From positions 18,111-82,110 of the IMG/VR virus record IMGVR_UViG_3300019888_000001: DNA of 64,000 nucleotides; one strand, written 5' to 3'. The notes under the pieces were generated by a model, which was not told where the DNA came from, made no database searches, and saw only the letters and a list, made by a program, of their open reading frames with translations. Below, piece by piece: positions 19,076 through 29,355 of the stretch. This DNA comes from a virus. Each line of letters starts with the position of its first letter. The stretch's first letter is position 1. A program made the position numbers and the translations under genes.

Positions 19076-20846
19076 TTTGGACTACGAAACTGAATACAGT
19101 AAAGACTACTCTATTCGAGACATGGGCGCCTGGGCTTATTGCAACGACCCACGCTTCAACGCATATCTGTTAGCTGTGGCTTGGGAAGATGGGCGAACTT
19201 GGATAGGGAACCCCAAAGACTTTGACTGGGAATCTATTAACGGGTTAGACTGGGTTGCTGCGAATGCCGGTTTTGAATGGGAAGTAACCGAACGATTACG
19301 TAAAGACGGCGTGGTTCCAGCGCACATTAAACCCCGAAAAATTTATGACGTGCTAGATTTAAGCCGATACCTGGGGTATCCGGGAAATCTAAACGCCGCA
19401 TGTCAGTATCTTCTCAACGTAAAAATTGACAAAGGGATGCGAGACCGCGCCAAAAACCAGACCTGGGTCTCAATGTCGCCAGATTTCCAGGATGCAATGA
19501 AGCAATACGCACTTCTGGATGCGGTTCATGAATTATCAATTTGGCAAAAGCACGGGCACAAAATGCCCGAAGATGAGCGCATGCTTTCTCGACTAACCCG
19601 TATCATGTGCCGCCAGGGCGTGCCCATCGATGTGCCGGCTGTAGATGACGCCATTTCAAAACTCGAAGCGTATCTCGCCGACATACGAAGCCGAATTCCT
19701 TGGACCACTGATCCCACGATTCCGGTTATGTCACCGAAGGCGATGGCTAAAGAATGCCTTAAAAAAGGAGTGGCTCCGCCTACGTCGATGGCCAAAGACT
19801 CCGAGGCCTTTGCTGCATGGTTGAAAGAGCATGGTGATATGTTTCCATTCGCGGTAGCGATAGGCCAATATCGGAGTGCTAACAATCTTTTGAAAAAACT
19901 CCAGACCATGAAGCGGCGAACGCGACTGGATGGAGTTATGCCTTTTGGTTTGAAATATTTCGGAGGTCACACTGGCAGGGACTCAGGAGATTCAGGATTC
20001 AATGTTCAAAATTTACACCGCGAGCCCTACACCTGCACGCCCACTAAAGGGGAGCATTTTAAGATCGATCTGCGCGGCATGATCGCCGCGCCAACAGGAA
20101 AACTACTTTTAATTGCAGACGAAGTGGCTATTGAGCCATGCGTATTGGCGGTTCTATCCGAAGATAAAGAACTTCTGAAGCGCTTATCAACCGGCGAAGA
20201 CGTTTACGAAGCGTGGGCCCGGCTTACGAAAGGTTACGCTGACCCAAGACCGCTAAATGATGTGGATCCCCGGATGCGACGGCTTTGTAAAGTAGAGCAA
20301 TTGGGGTTATCGTACGGGGCCGGCGTGGAGAAATGTATCAAGATAGCCAAAATGTGGGCTGGCATTGATTTAACGTATCAACAAGCCCAGCTTCAGGTGG
20401 CTAAATTTAGAGAGCGACCGTTCATCCCTAGATTTTGGCAGAAGCTCGAAAGCCTGATGACACGAAGCGCTGGAGAAGATTTTCAATTCGAGCTGCCGAG
20501 TGGAAGAATAATGAATTACCGAAAAGTCCAAACAGTTAATGGACTTAGCGCGGAGATACCTAAATTAGGGCAAATGCTTCGTTGTCGTTTTTGGGGTGGA
20601 GCAATTTGTGAAAATATTATCCAAAGCGTTGGCCGTGATGTATTTATGCATCATATTTTAGAACTCCAAAAAAAAGGTATAAATATAATTTGTAGAATTC
20701 ATGATGAGGTTCTGTGTTTAGTTGATGAAGATAAAGCCGAGGAAAGCTTAAAACTAGCCTTACAGATAATGTCTACCCCACCGCCCTGGTTAACAAATCT
20801 TCCTATTCGGGCTGCCGGACATCTTTCCCAAAAATATTGTAAATGA
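19062..20846 (+). CDS. DNA polymerase family A with 3'-5' exonuclease
   Basis: LDYETE (Exo I), YALLD (Exo III), HTGRDSG..NVQN, motif A ADEVAIE, motif B R..CK...LGLSYG, motif C IHDE. Confidence 0.93.
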   Translation: MQTISLDYETEYSKDYSIRDMGAWAYCNDPRFNAYLLAVAWEDGRTWIGNPKDFDWESINGLDWVAANAGFEWEVTERLRKDGVVPAHIKPRKIYDVLDLSRYLGYPGNLNAACQYLLNVKIDKGMRDRAKNQTWVSMSPDFQDAMKQYALLDAVHELSIWQKHGHKMPEDERMLSRLTRIMCRQGVPIDVPAVDDAISKLEAYLADIRSRIPWTTDPTIPVMSPKAMAKECLKKGVAPPTSMAKDSEAFAAWLKEHGDMFPFAVAIGQYRSANNLLKKLQTMKRRTRLDGVMPFGLKYFGGHTGRDSGDSGFNVQNLHREPYTCTPTKGEHFKIDLRGMIAAPTGKLLLIADEVAIEPCVLAVLSEDKELLKRLSTGEDVYEAWARLTKGYADPRPLNDVDPRMRRLCKVEQLGLSYGAGVEKCIKIAKMWAGIDLTYQQAQLQVAKFRERPFIPRFWQKLESLMTRSAGEDFQFELPSGRIMNYRKVQTVNGLSAEIPKLGQMLRCRFWGGAICENIIQSVGRDVFMHHILELQKKGINIICRIHDEVLCLVDEDKAEESLKLALQIMSTPPPWLTNLPIRAAGHLSQKYCK

Positions 20847-20931
20847 GAGCCTCACGTAGATCGTATCTAAGCCCAGGACAGATAAGCGAAAAGTGGCTTA
20901 TATTATACGTGCTTAAGACTACAGTTAATCC

Positions 20932-21762
20932 GTGGATATACAAACTAAACCTACACAATCAGAGTTAATTGCTTGGGCAGCCGGCTTTTTTGACGGAGAA
21001 GGATGCTGGAATGCGGACTTTGATAAAAAAACTGGTAGAGCTAGGCTAAAGGCTAAAGTGACAGTCTGCGATAAAGACTATGTTTTTAAACTCCAAACCA
21101 TTGTAGGGGGGAGTGTATACGGCCCTCTAAAACCTTCGGGTTTTGGTAAACTGCCGCGCTGGCAGTGGGGCTACTCAAACTCTCTAGATACAATTGCGCT
21201 ATTTTTGGCGTTTAAACCTTTCTTAGGAAAAAGACGAACTAGTCGTTTTGAAGAGCTTTTTAAAAAATGGGCTGTTCCATTTGGACCAGCATACGATAAG
21301 CTGAAGCGATATGAATGGTACGATATTCGTATGGCCGATCCCAAAAAGTATGAAGATGCCCGGCGGTTAGCCAAAAAGTATGGAGTGACAGACCAAGTTA
21401 TTTCGCAGATACTTAACTCCAGACTTATGACTTGTTATATTTCTGGAAAAATGCGAGGCCTAAAAGACTTCGGATTTCCGGCATTCCGTAAAGCTGCGGC
21501 AGCTTTACGGACTAAAAATTGGCCCGTAGTATCTCCTGCAGAATTAGATTTAGGAGATAATATTAATATACAGAACGTATCAAGTTTGAATATAGCAAAA
21601 ATTTTCCAGCGCGATTTTGCTGCTTTGAAAAAATGCCATGTAGTGGCTCTTCTTCCAAATTATACGACTTCTGAAGGAGCACACTATGAAAAAAAGATAG
21701 CTGAAAAATATGGCCTTAAGATTTTACCAATCGAGAAAATAGAGCGACTTCCAATACGATAA
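20932..21762 (+). CDS. LAGLIDADG endonuclease fused to a DUF4406 (nucleoside deoxyribosyltransferase-like) domain
   Basis: WAAGFFDGEG at the N-terminus; YISGKMRG..F.FPAF...SPAE...SEGA..E at the C-terminus; internal ATG at 21427. Confidence 0.8.
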   Translation: MDIQTKPTQSELIAWAAGFFDGEGCWNADFDKKTGRARLKAKVTVCDKDYVFKLQTIVGGSVYGPLKPSGFGKLPRWQWGYSNSLDTIALFLAFKPFLGKRRTSRFEELFKKWAVPFGPAYDKLKRYEWYDIRMADPKKYEDARRLAKKYGVTDQVISQILNSRLMTCYISGKMRGLKDFGFPAFRKAAAALRTKNWPVVSPAELDLGDNINIQNVSSLNIAKIFQRDFAALKKCHVVALLPNYTTSEGAHYEKKIAEKYGLKILPIEKIERLPIR

Positions 21763-22030
21763 TGAAAACAAAATACAGGTTTGTGGAATCGAAAAAGGCG
21801 TATACCGAGCAGTGTTACTATTATACCGAGAAAAAAAGTTTTTGGGCACTTGGACACGCGTCCATGACAGTTGGGCCATGGATAAAGCAGAAGGGTGGAA
21901 AAAGTATACATCAATTATTACCAATACATTTAAGAATGTAAACACCGTGCTGCATGAAGTTCCAGATAAACTACGTGATATTCAAGAAGTGAAGGCATGG
22001 TTAAAACTAACCGATGACACCCAACTCTAA
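21762..22030 (+). CDS. Small protein, apparently frameshifted at an A7 run
   Basis: The ATG 21762 frame joins the 21812-22030 frame by a -1 shift at GAGAAAAAAAG. Confidence 0.4.
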
Positions 22031-22202
22031 AGCTAAATTAACATCTGCGATGTTAGATGCGATTTCATATAAGTTCCGTTTTCCCTATTTGGTTGAATAC
22101 ATAAAACTTTGTGCCCCGAAAGAAATACAAAAAGACAAGAAAGCAATGCTCGCATGGATACGTTTGACACACGATTTACCGGTTACTATGGAGGATATGT
22201 GA
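22014..22202 (+). CDS. Small hypothetical protein (AWxxL motif)
   Basis: Coupled ORF, ...AMLAWIRLTH. Confidence 0.55.
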   Translation: MTPNSKAKLTSAMLDAISYKFRFPYLVEYIKLCAPKEIQKDKKAMLAWIRLTHDLPVTMEDM

Positions 22203-22555
22203 ACAAACCTGTCACATATAATGAGGATGCATTGCAGAATACAAACCCTAAAGATAAAATAGGAGAAACCAAACCGTCACTTGCGCTAGTGCCAACCAGC
22301 CTTCTCGTGCCACTTTCCGAAGTTATGAAACTTGGCGCAAAGAAATATGGCGCGTGGAACTGGCGTAATACCAATCCGAAAGCAATGGTTTATTACAATG
22401 CAATGCTTCGACATATACATGCTGCTCTAGATCGCGAGGATACTGATCCAGAGAGTAGGCAATCTCATTTAGCTCATGTAAGTGCATGCTGTTTAATCTT
22501 GCTAGATTCAGCAAAATGTGGTAATTTAATAGATGATCGACCGCCAAAAAATTAG
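22199..22555 (+). CDS. dATP/dGTP diphosphohydrolase domain protein (DUF5664-like)
   Basis: NPKD.IG..K..L.LVP...GAKKYGAWNWR...RH...EDTDPES...HLAH. Confidence 0.85.
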   Translation: MNKPVTYNEDALQNTNPKDKIGETKPSLALVPTSLLVPLSEVMKLGAKKYGAWNWRNTNPKAMVYYNAMLRHIHAALDREDTDPESRQSHLAHVSACCLILLDSAKCGNLIDDRPPKN

Positions 22556-23039
22556 TCACTTTTCTCTTTCTTATATCGCAGGATTGTTTGATGGAGAAGG
22601 ATATTTAGGCATATCCCGAGATAAGAAAATTCATTCAAAACGAGGGTTACTGTTTAGAGTATACGGAGGATTAAGAATCAGAGAAAAATTCATTGTGAAA
22701 GCTTTTGCTAAACGATTCGGCGGGACTGTGTGCAAGCGAATAGCACAGAACCCAAACTGGGCTGATACATATGTATGGCAAATTTATGGGTGCGATCTCG
22801 AAAAATTTCTTAAAACTGTTGCGTCATATTTGATTCTCAAACAACCTCAAGCCCGAATTATCTTGCGGTGCAGACAGCTAACGAAAACCAATACTCATAC
22901 TAGAATAATGCCAAAGTGTAAATATATAGCTTACCAAAATCTAACCAAACAAATTAATAAGTTGAACTTCCGAGGAAAGAAAACCAACCAAAAAAAATCC
23001 GAAGGCTCCTTGAGCCGAAACAACACAAAACCCTTATAG
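22533..23039 (+). CDS. LAGLIDADG homing endonuclease
   Basis: YIAGLFDGEG, FGG, YLILKQPQA. Confidence 0.85.
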   Translation: MIDRQKISHFSLSYIAGLFDGEGYLGISRDKKIHSKRGLLFRVYGGLRIREKFIVKAFAKRFGGTVCKRIAQNPNWADTYVWQIYGCDLEKFLKTVASYLILKQPQARIILRCRQLTKTNTHTRIMPKCKYIAYQNLTKQINKLNFRGKKTNQKKSEGSLSRNNTKPL

Positions 23040-23049
23040 ACGACAGACC

Positions 23050-23728
23050 GTGAATATGCGAACTGTGTATAAATACACAAAAATTTTTAGTGAGCTGTGG
23101 TGCGCAGAAGTGCCCGCCGAACTGTACCCTGATAAGGAACTTACTGCTGCATGGCTAAACATTAACAATGGAACCATGATGCGAGCTTCAGAGTTACACT
23201 GGCGTACTCCATATTGGAATCTGCCTACAAATACGACAGGACCAAGATGACCAGAGAAACCATTTTTATAATACTGGCGATTTTTACAGGACTCTGGACG
23301 TTTATCGGAACCCTAAGGTGGTATTGGCGGATAACGACACCAGGGGAGGGATTAGATAACTATAACTATAATAACCGGCAAATAAGGTATCTGATGTTTC
23401 TGCACGGGCCCGTAGTTTGGTGTTATGACCTTCATTGCGCGTTATTCACCTGGCTTGGCCGCGAAACCAAATTCGAGAAAGCTTACCGGAAGATACGCGA
23501 ATGAAAGCCGTAATGTATGGTGAAGAATCGGTTTACTTGGGCGGCTATGAACGAGTTATGTATCGAACAGGAATTCCTGATGAATTGTATCCTGATATTG
23601 AATGGATAGATCCAGATTATATATCTCATCAGCTGGCATACCGTCCCGTAAACGTTAAGCCGACCAAAAACCCGAAGGCTTGCCGCGCTCCTTGGAATGA
23701 GCTTTCGGACAGCATCTGCGATTTTTGA
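23050..23728 (+). CDS. Three small coupled hypothetical ORFs (23050-23250, 23247-23504 membrane, 23501-23728)
   Basis: ATGA overlaps; the first and third share P.ELYPD. Confidence 0.5.
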
Positions 23729-23775
23729 TCGGCTAAGTAACAGTATAATTAAATAAATAACTTGTAAAGGTCCAC

Positions 23776-24627
23776 ATGGACACCGCCCACACACAGTTTG
23801 ATTTTACCTCCTGCCCTAAAAGTGGGCAAGGTTGTCATAAATGGTTGTTTTATATTTCGTGTAAAGCAGTTGATGAAGGCCTAACAGATGAAGAAGCAGA
23901 ACCTTTGATTCGCAAAGCAATGACGCGCGCACCAACACCGCCGAGTGAGATCATGGACGCGCTACGAAGTGCGCGCAGGGAAGAAAGAGTGCCGTCGATG
24001 GTGTGGAACCCGAGGAACGAAACCGCGATTAAGGAAATCGTGGGCAAAGACTTGTTGCCGGGGTTGAACAAATACCAAAACTTCGAGCCGCTATCCAGAC
24101 TACCCCAACCGGAAATGTGGATAGACCAGTTATTTCCGGGAAATCCTTTATTATGTATCGGGAAAACCAGTTCATTATTCCGAACAAAACCAAGAGAAGA
24201 ATGGCGCGGGTTGGAAAAATTCAATTCATTGATCGTTCCAAGTCCTATGACCGCGGTAAAAGGAAGAACAAAAGCAGGAACTTTATCAGAGCACTCGTTA
24301 GACAATACCGGGCCGCGGCGCTATCTAATTCTCGAATTCGATCAGGGGCCTGAACTAGACCAGCTAAAGTTAATATTTCATCTTGCCGATTATGGCCCAC
24401 TTGTGCTAATATGCCGATCAGGGGGAAAAAGTTTGCATGCGTGGTTTAGAGCAAAAGACGAAGAAGATTTAAAACTCATAACGTTTATGCAATACGGGGT
24501 AAGCCTTGGCGCCGATCCGCGAACTTGGCTGGCCAGTCAGTTCGTTAGGCTCCCTGACGGAACTCGGTTTGAAAACAAAAACCCCCAATCTGTAATTTAC
24601 TACGACCCAGAACAACTTCCACAATGA
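23776..24627 (+). CDS. Primase (AEP/RepB-like)
   Basis: YLILEFD, SGGKSLHAWF, GADP...RLP; coupled to the helicase. Confidence 0.75.
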   Translation: MDTAHTQFDFTSCPKSGQGCHKWLFYISCKAVDEGLTDEEAEPLIRKAMTRAPTPPSEIMDALRSARREERVPSMVWNPRNETAIKEIVGKDLLPGLNKYQNFEPLSRLPQPEMWIDQLFPGNPLLCIGKTSSLFRTKPREEWRGLEKFNSLIVPSPMTAVKGRTKAGTLSEHSLDNTGPRRYLILEFDQGPELDQLKLIFHLADYGPLVLICRSGGKSLHAWFRAKDEEDLKLITFMQYGVSLGADPRTWLASQFVRLPDGTRFENKNPQSVIYYDPEQLPQ

Positions 24628-26039
24628 AGAAAGAATTTAGGACACCACCTCTAACACCAACGGGCGTATATCCTGTAAACGATCTCGACCGCGCAGCAAG
24701 GTTCGTGCAACACCTGAAGGGTGAAGCGCTGTATATCTCGTCTTGGAAACAGTGGGTAATTTGGGATGGCAAGCATTGGGCGCGCGATATCACCGGTGGC
24801 GAAATCATGCGCCGAGCGATGCAAATACCGAAGATTCTGGAGGCAGAGGCTTCAGTTATCACTGATTCAGGGTTACATAAGAAAGCTATGATGGCCGCAC
24901 TCCTATCCGGTAACGAAGAACGGTTAACGAAGATGGTGAAGCTCGCAAGAAGTTTTCCAGAAGTCGACAAATCGGAGATGGTGTTTGACCAGAACCCGTG
25001 GATCGTTGGAGTCCAGAATGGTGTTATAGAGCTTCAGTCGAAACCATTTTTATTCAGACCTGCAAAACTAGAAGATTATGTATTACGGAAAATGAATGTT
25101 GAGTATGACGCGGTGGCTACCTGCGAGCCTTGGATGGATGCTATTCAATTAAGCCTGCCTAACCCCGCAGTCAGGAACTTTGTGCAGCGCGCGGTAGGTT
25201 ACAGTATTACAGGAAGCGTCGCAGAGCAGATATGGTTTTTCATGTATGGGCACGGTCAGAACGGCAAATCTACCTTTATAGAAACGATTTCCGATATTCT
25301 TGGCGAGTATGCCCATAAAGCGCCAGCAAAGTTGTTTCTCCAAAACAAGCATGGCACAACGCCGGAAGGATCGATCGCGCAACTAAATGGCCGACGATTC
25401 GTGGTAGGCAGCGAGATTCCAGAATCTGCTCAATTGGCAGAAGGGCTTATTAAAGACTTAGCGTCCGATGACAAATTAAGTGGGCGCCTATTGTATGAAA
25501 ACGATCGGACCTTCGCGCCGACCCACCACCTGTGGTTAAGTGGAAATGTAAAACCGGTTATCAAGTCTACTGATTTAGGAACTTGGCGCCGAATTAAGCT
25601 TATCCCGTTCGACGTCACCATCCAAAATCGAGATCTGGAGATTAAAAATAAGCTCCGCGCCGTAGCGCCGGGTATACTCAATTGGGTTTTAGATGGCTGT
25701 AGGCAATGGCAAACCTCTGGTATGCAAGCCCCACCAGAAGTGGAAGTAGCTACCACAGGCTACCAAGAAGAAGAAGACCTGGCCGGGCAGTTCATTTCTG
25801 AGGTATGTATCTTAGATGAAGCGGAGCGTATTGCCAAAGGAGACCTTTATGCGGCTTTTAAGGCTTGGGCTATTTTAAATGGCGAAAATGAACGATATAT
25901 ACCTGGCATCAAGACATTTGGGAAGCGTATGAGCCGCCCTGGAATCCGGGAAATGCTCGATCCAGACCCTAAAAAGCGCACCCGAATGTGGGCCGGAATC
26001 AATCTAGCAGAGCCAGGCCGCTGGCCTAAACTGGCATAA
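24624..26039 (+). CDS. P4/D5-family SF3 replicative helicase
   Basis: D5_N region WDGKHW, Walker A GHGQNGKST, WRRIKLIPF. Confidence 0.92.
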   Translation: MKKEFRTPPLTPTGVYPVNDLDRAARFVQHLKGEALYISSWKQWVIWDGKHWARDITGGEIMRRAMQIPKILEAEASVITDSGLHKKAMMAALLSGNEERLTKMVKLARSFPEVDKSEMVFDQNPWIVGVQNGVIELQSKPFLFRPAKLEDYVLRKMNVEYDAVATCEPWMDAIQLSLPNPAVRNFVQRAVGYSITGSVAEQIWFFMYGHGQNGKSTFIETISDILGEYAHKAPAKLFLQNKHGTTPEGSIAQLNGRRFVVGSEIPESAQLAEGLIKDLASDDKLSGRLLYENDRTFAPTHHLWLSGNVKPVIKSTDLGTWRRIKLIPFDVTIQNRDLEIKNKLRAVAPGILNWVLDGCRQWQTSGMQAPPEVEVATTGYQEEEDLAGQFISEVCILDEAERIAKGDLYAAFKAWAILNGENERYIPGIKTFGKRMSRPGIREMLDPDPKKRTRMWAGINLAEPGRWPKLA

Positions 26040-26050
26040 ACGCCAAAAAC

Positions 26051-26152
26051 TGAACGATCCTGAACGATTTGAACGCATTTTTATAAACCCCCTTTACACC
26101 ACCACCCTACACACACTTTTAGATAAGCCCTAATATCGTTCAGGATCGTTCA
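26051..26152. repeat. Iteron-like direct and inverted repeats; candidate replication origin
   Basis: TGAACGATCCTGAACGAT (26051-26068) with its exact reverse complement at 26135-26152; extra TGAACG at 26070. Confidence 0.75.
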
Positions 26153-26177
26153 CAAAGCCTTAAATGTGTAAAGAATT

Positions 26178-27098
26178 ATGACAAAAGAGCAAAAAGCTTC
26201 ATATGCTCGGGCCCGGTACGCCGCCAACCCAGAGCGATTACGGGAGATCGGTAGGCTTTCTATGCAGAAGCGGCGCCTTGATCCTAAGAAGAGAGCGCAA
26301 ATAAACGCGCAGCACCGAGAGTATCGTAAGCGCCACCCCGAATTGGTGCAGGCGCGACATAGATCTTGGTATCTAAGAGATACGGCCAGAATTCTATCGC
26401 GGCATCGAGCCTATTATAGAAAAAATCGTGCTCGGTTAATAGCCCAGGGGGTTGTGCGCACGCGCAATCGTCGGCGAGCTGATCATGCCTTTCGCCTGCG
26501 ACATGTATTAGCCAAGCGTATCTGGGCGGCTCTGCAACCTGGCATCAAGAAATCTATGCGCACCCGACAATTACTAGGCTGCACGCCTGCTGAGTTTAAA
26601 GCTTGGATTGAAGACCTGTTTCTTCCAGGCATGCGCTGGCAAAACCGTTCGTTATGGCACATTGACCATATCAAGCCTGTTAGCAGTTTCGATTTAACCA
26701 CTGAATCAGGACAACGCGCGGCATTTCACTACTCAAACTTCCGCCCACTGTGGGCTCGTGATAACCTGAAAAAAGGCGCAAAACAAACTGTTGACATGAC
26801 CGCGAATCAGGTTGATGATAAACACATGGATCAAAAATTTTTGGATGGTGCGGATTACGGTATTAAAAGCTACGCAGAAAAGAACTCGGGAAACGCCCCT
26901 GGTCTGAACAGTCCAGCCGGTGGATCTGCGGATCTCACGAAAGGCTGCAGATTGTCGGGCTGTGGTGGATCGGAACAATCGATTGATAGCGTGCAGGCGT
27001 CTTCGGATGTACTTCGTTTAATCAGTCAAGGTAGCGGTCCTGATTTAGGACCCGAATCAAAACGAATTAACTCTCCCGGCGCAACAGCGAAAAACTAA
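26178..27098 (+). CDS. HNH homing endonuclease running in frame into a separately promoted gene (ATG 26826)
   Basis: GMRWQN..WHIDHIKP...PLWARDNLKKG; internal TTGACA at 26791 precedes ATG 26826. Confidence 0.75.
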   Translation: MTKEQKASYARARYAANPERLREIGRLSMQKRRLDPKKRAQINAQHREYRKRHPELVQARHRSWYLRDTARILSRHRAYYRKNRARLIAQGVVRTRNRRRADHAFRLRHVLAKRIWAALQPGIKKSMRTRQLLGCTPAEFKAWIEDLFLPGMRWQNRSLWHIDHIKPVSSFDLTTESGQRAAFHYSNFRPLWARDNLKKGAKQTVDMTANQVDDKHMDQKFLDGADYGIKSYAEKNSGNAPGLNSPAGGSADLTKGCRLSGCGGSEQSIDSVQASSDVLRLISQGSGPDLGPESKRINSPGATAKN

Positions 27099-27412
27099 TG
27101 GCACAAGAATATATTGAAGGATTTCAAACCGGCGATCCCCGGAAAGCTGCAACTACAGTAGGACCGGGCGAAAGATATCAAGCTCGCGGAGACACCAGTC
27201 CTCCGAGTTCGAATGAAGACGCAGCATTCCACGGTCTTACCCGAGGACAAGAAGGCTCGCCCAGCGGGAACCCATTCGGTATCGGCGACCCGAACAGCCC
27301 CCGCGATGTAATGAAAGTTATGGACACGGGCTCCGGCGTGGAAGAAGGCATCAGTTCGAAACCTGTAGCCACGTTCGGTCGTACCACAGGTAGATCGTTA
27401 GCCGGCGAATAA
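27098..27412 (+). CDS. Gly/Pro/Ser-rich hypothetical protein
   Basis: Coupled by TAATG. Confidence 0.65.
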   Translation: MAQEYIEGFQTGDPRKAATTVGPGERYQARGDTSPPSSNEDAAFHGLTRGQEGSPSGNPFGIGDPNSPRDVMKVMDTGSGVEEGISSKPVATFGRTTGRSLAGE

Positions 27413-27454
27413 TTGTTGACAATTTTAGCGGTTTTTCGTAAAGTAAAAACACAG

Positions 27455-28288
27455 ATGAGAACATTAAAATATAGTCTTGCAGTGATTATTATTTCAGTTG
27501 CCGCCGTCATTGCCGGAGTTGGTTTGATAAGCATCTTTGTTATATGGCCCTTCGGTGTCGTTATCCTGCCCGTCGTGGGCTTCGGGTCAGCTTTGTTGTG
27601 GGCGATTCAGTATATAATTAATTACGACTCACGTTTATAAAAATGATTGGAACCTGGAAAATTGAGCCGCGATACTGGCCTGAACTGCTTGGGAAAGCCC
27701 CTGTCCCGGTAGAAACCGATCCGAAAACCGAAACCAAACCCCAGAAGCCTTTGTTCCATGGCCCATTATGGCAGACCACTAAGATGTGCCTTCAATGCCG
27801 AAAAGCCAAAGTTACAGGGAAAGCTAAATTCTGCGCACTCTGCACGAAAGCTCGCAACGCCCGGGCGGCTCGTAAATCGTATAAAAAGCTTAATCCTCAT
27901 AAGTTGGTCACAGGCCCCCTTCAGTATGAGGCACTTACAACTGACCAAAATTGAATCCGCTATGTTGACCCTCTAATATGAAGAATAGTATATGGAGCGG
28001 CATTCAGTAACCTCGACAGGGGGGTCGTCTCCTTGTGAACTGGATCCGATGTATCAAAAGATCCTGCAGTCGTTGAGGTTAGCTACGTTTGCTGACCAAG
28101 AACAATTTCCTAACGCGTATTTGGATAAGCTCGCACGAAACCTTCGAACCGATTTTCAGCACGAATTAGACGCCTGGAAAGCGTTGCTGAGCGCCGATAA
28201 TCAGGCCGGCGACACACCTGATCCTTATCCTGATCCTAATATTAAATACACCTTCCATGCTGATATTGGGCTCCTACCTAACGACTAA
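27455..28288 (+). CDS. Three small ORFs (27455-27640 membrane; 27643-27954 CxxC; 27992-28288)
   Basis: ATG-started ORFs following the promoter at 27416. Confidence 0.55.
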
Positions 28289-28289
28289 T

Positions 28290-29294
28290 ATGAACAAACT
28301 AATAACCATAATCCTAACATACCTGGCCATTTCAGTGCAAGCTTCACACGCACTCACAGTCCTCTGGCCTACAGGCGGCGGAGGTACCCATGTTGTAACC
28401 CTAAACATAGATGGCAACGGGCCTATTATTACTAGTCCTGTTCCAGGCTCGATTTTAACCTCGTCGACGGTTAACTTTTACTGGAAACCGAAAACCGGTA
28501 GTACATTTCCAGCTTATTATGCCGCGGTCGGCGTCCCGTCTAACCTTACGAAATATTTTCAGCAGTTGTTTATTAAAGACCCGTTTACGGTAAGCGGCCT
28601 TCCTACTACTTGTGGGCAAACAATTGTCGTCACAGTCTGCGGTGGTGATCCGGAGTGTACCCAATACACGTATCATACAAAGGCTTGCCCGACGCCAACA
28701 CCCACGCCAAAACCTACCCCAACTGCCACACCTACCCCAACTGCCACACCTACCCCAGCTCCGACAGCAACGCCAACTGCGACGCCCGCACCTACCCCAG
28801 CTCCGACAGCAACGCCAACTGCGACGCCCGCACCTACCCCCGCGACGAACTGCACGTTCACTCAAGGCTATTGGTCTACGCACGGCCCGGTCGACTGTAA
28901 TCCTTCGGACGGCACTGATTTGTGGCCAGTGAAGTCTCTCACATTTGGCACAGTAACTTACAGTGAGTCGCAGTTGTGTGCGATTATGAATACTCCAGTT
29001 ATGGGTAATGGATTGATTGATCTAGCTCACCAACTGATTGCTGCCGAGTTAAATATCGCGAACGGTGCAGACCCCTCCGTGATTAGCGCGACGATCAGTT
29101 TGGCAAACACGATGATCGGAAATCTTGTTATCGGTAGCGCTTCGTTACCCACGAGTCAGACATCGCCGCTGGTGGTCGCGCTTGATGCGTGGAACACCGG
29201 CACGGCTGGGCCTGGCCACTGCCCCACAATCGCCACCACCGAGCCGCTGATGTTCGACACCTGCCCTGTGGTCACACCTACACCAACACCGTGA
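28290..29294 (+). CDS. Secreted two-domain protein with Pro/Thr linker and TQGYW domain
   Basis: Signal peptide MNKLITIILTYLAISVQASHA, (PT/PA)n linker, CTFTQGYW...LAHQLIAAELN domain. Confidence 0.8.
   Translation: MNKLITIILTYLAISVQASHALTVLWPTGGGGTHVVTLNIDGNGPIITSPVPGSILTSSTVNFYWKPKTGSTFPAYYAAVGVPSNLTKYFQQLFIKDPFTVSGLPTTCGQTIVVTVCGGDPECTQYTYHTKACPTPTPTPKPTPTATPTPTATPTPAPTATPTATPAPTPAPTATPTATPAPTPATNCTFTQGYWSTHGPVDCNPSDGTDLWPVKSLTFGTVTYSESQLCAIMNTPVMGNGLIDLAHQLIAAELNIANGADPSVISATISLANTMIGNLVIGSASLPTSQTSPLVVALDAWNTGTAGPGHCPTIATTEPLMFDTCPVVTPTPTP
28690..28845 (+). repeat. Coding tandem repeats (18-bp and 42-bp units) for the PT linker
   Basis: cctaccccagctccgacagcaacgccaactgcgacgcccgca twice; cctaccccaactgccaca twice. 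Confidence 0.85.
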
Positions 29295-29355
29295 ATGAAA
29301 CCCTGCAACAAGACAACCTGCCTCCCGAACCACCGGTCGCTTATTTCGTGAAACA

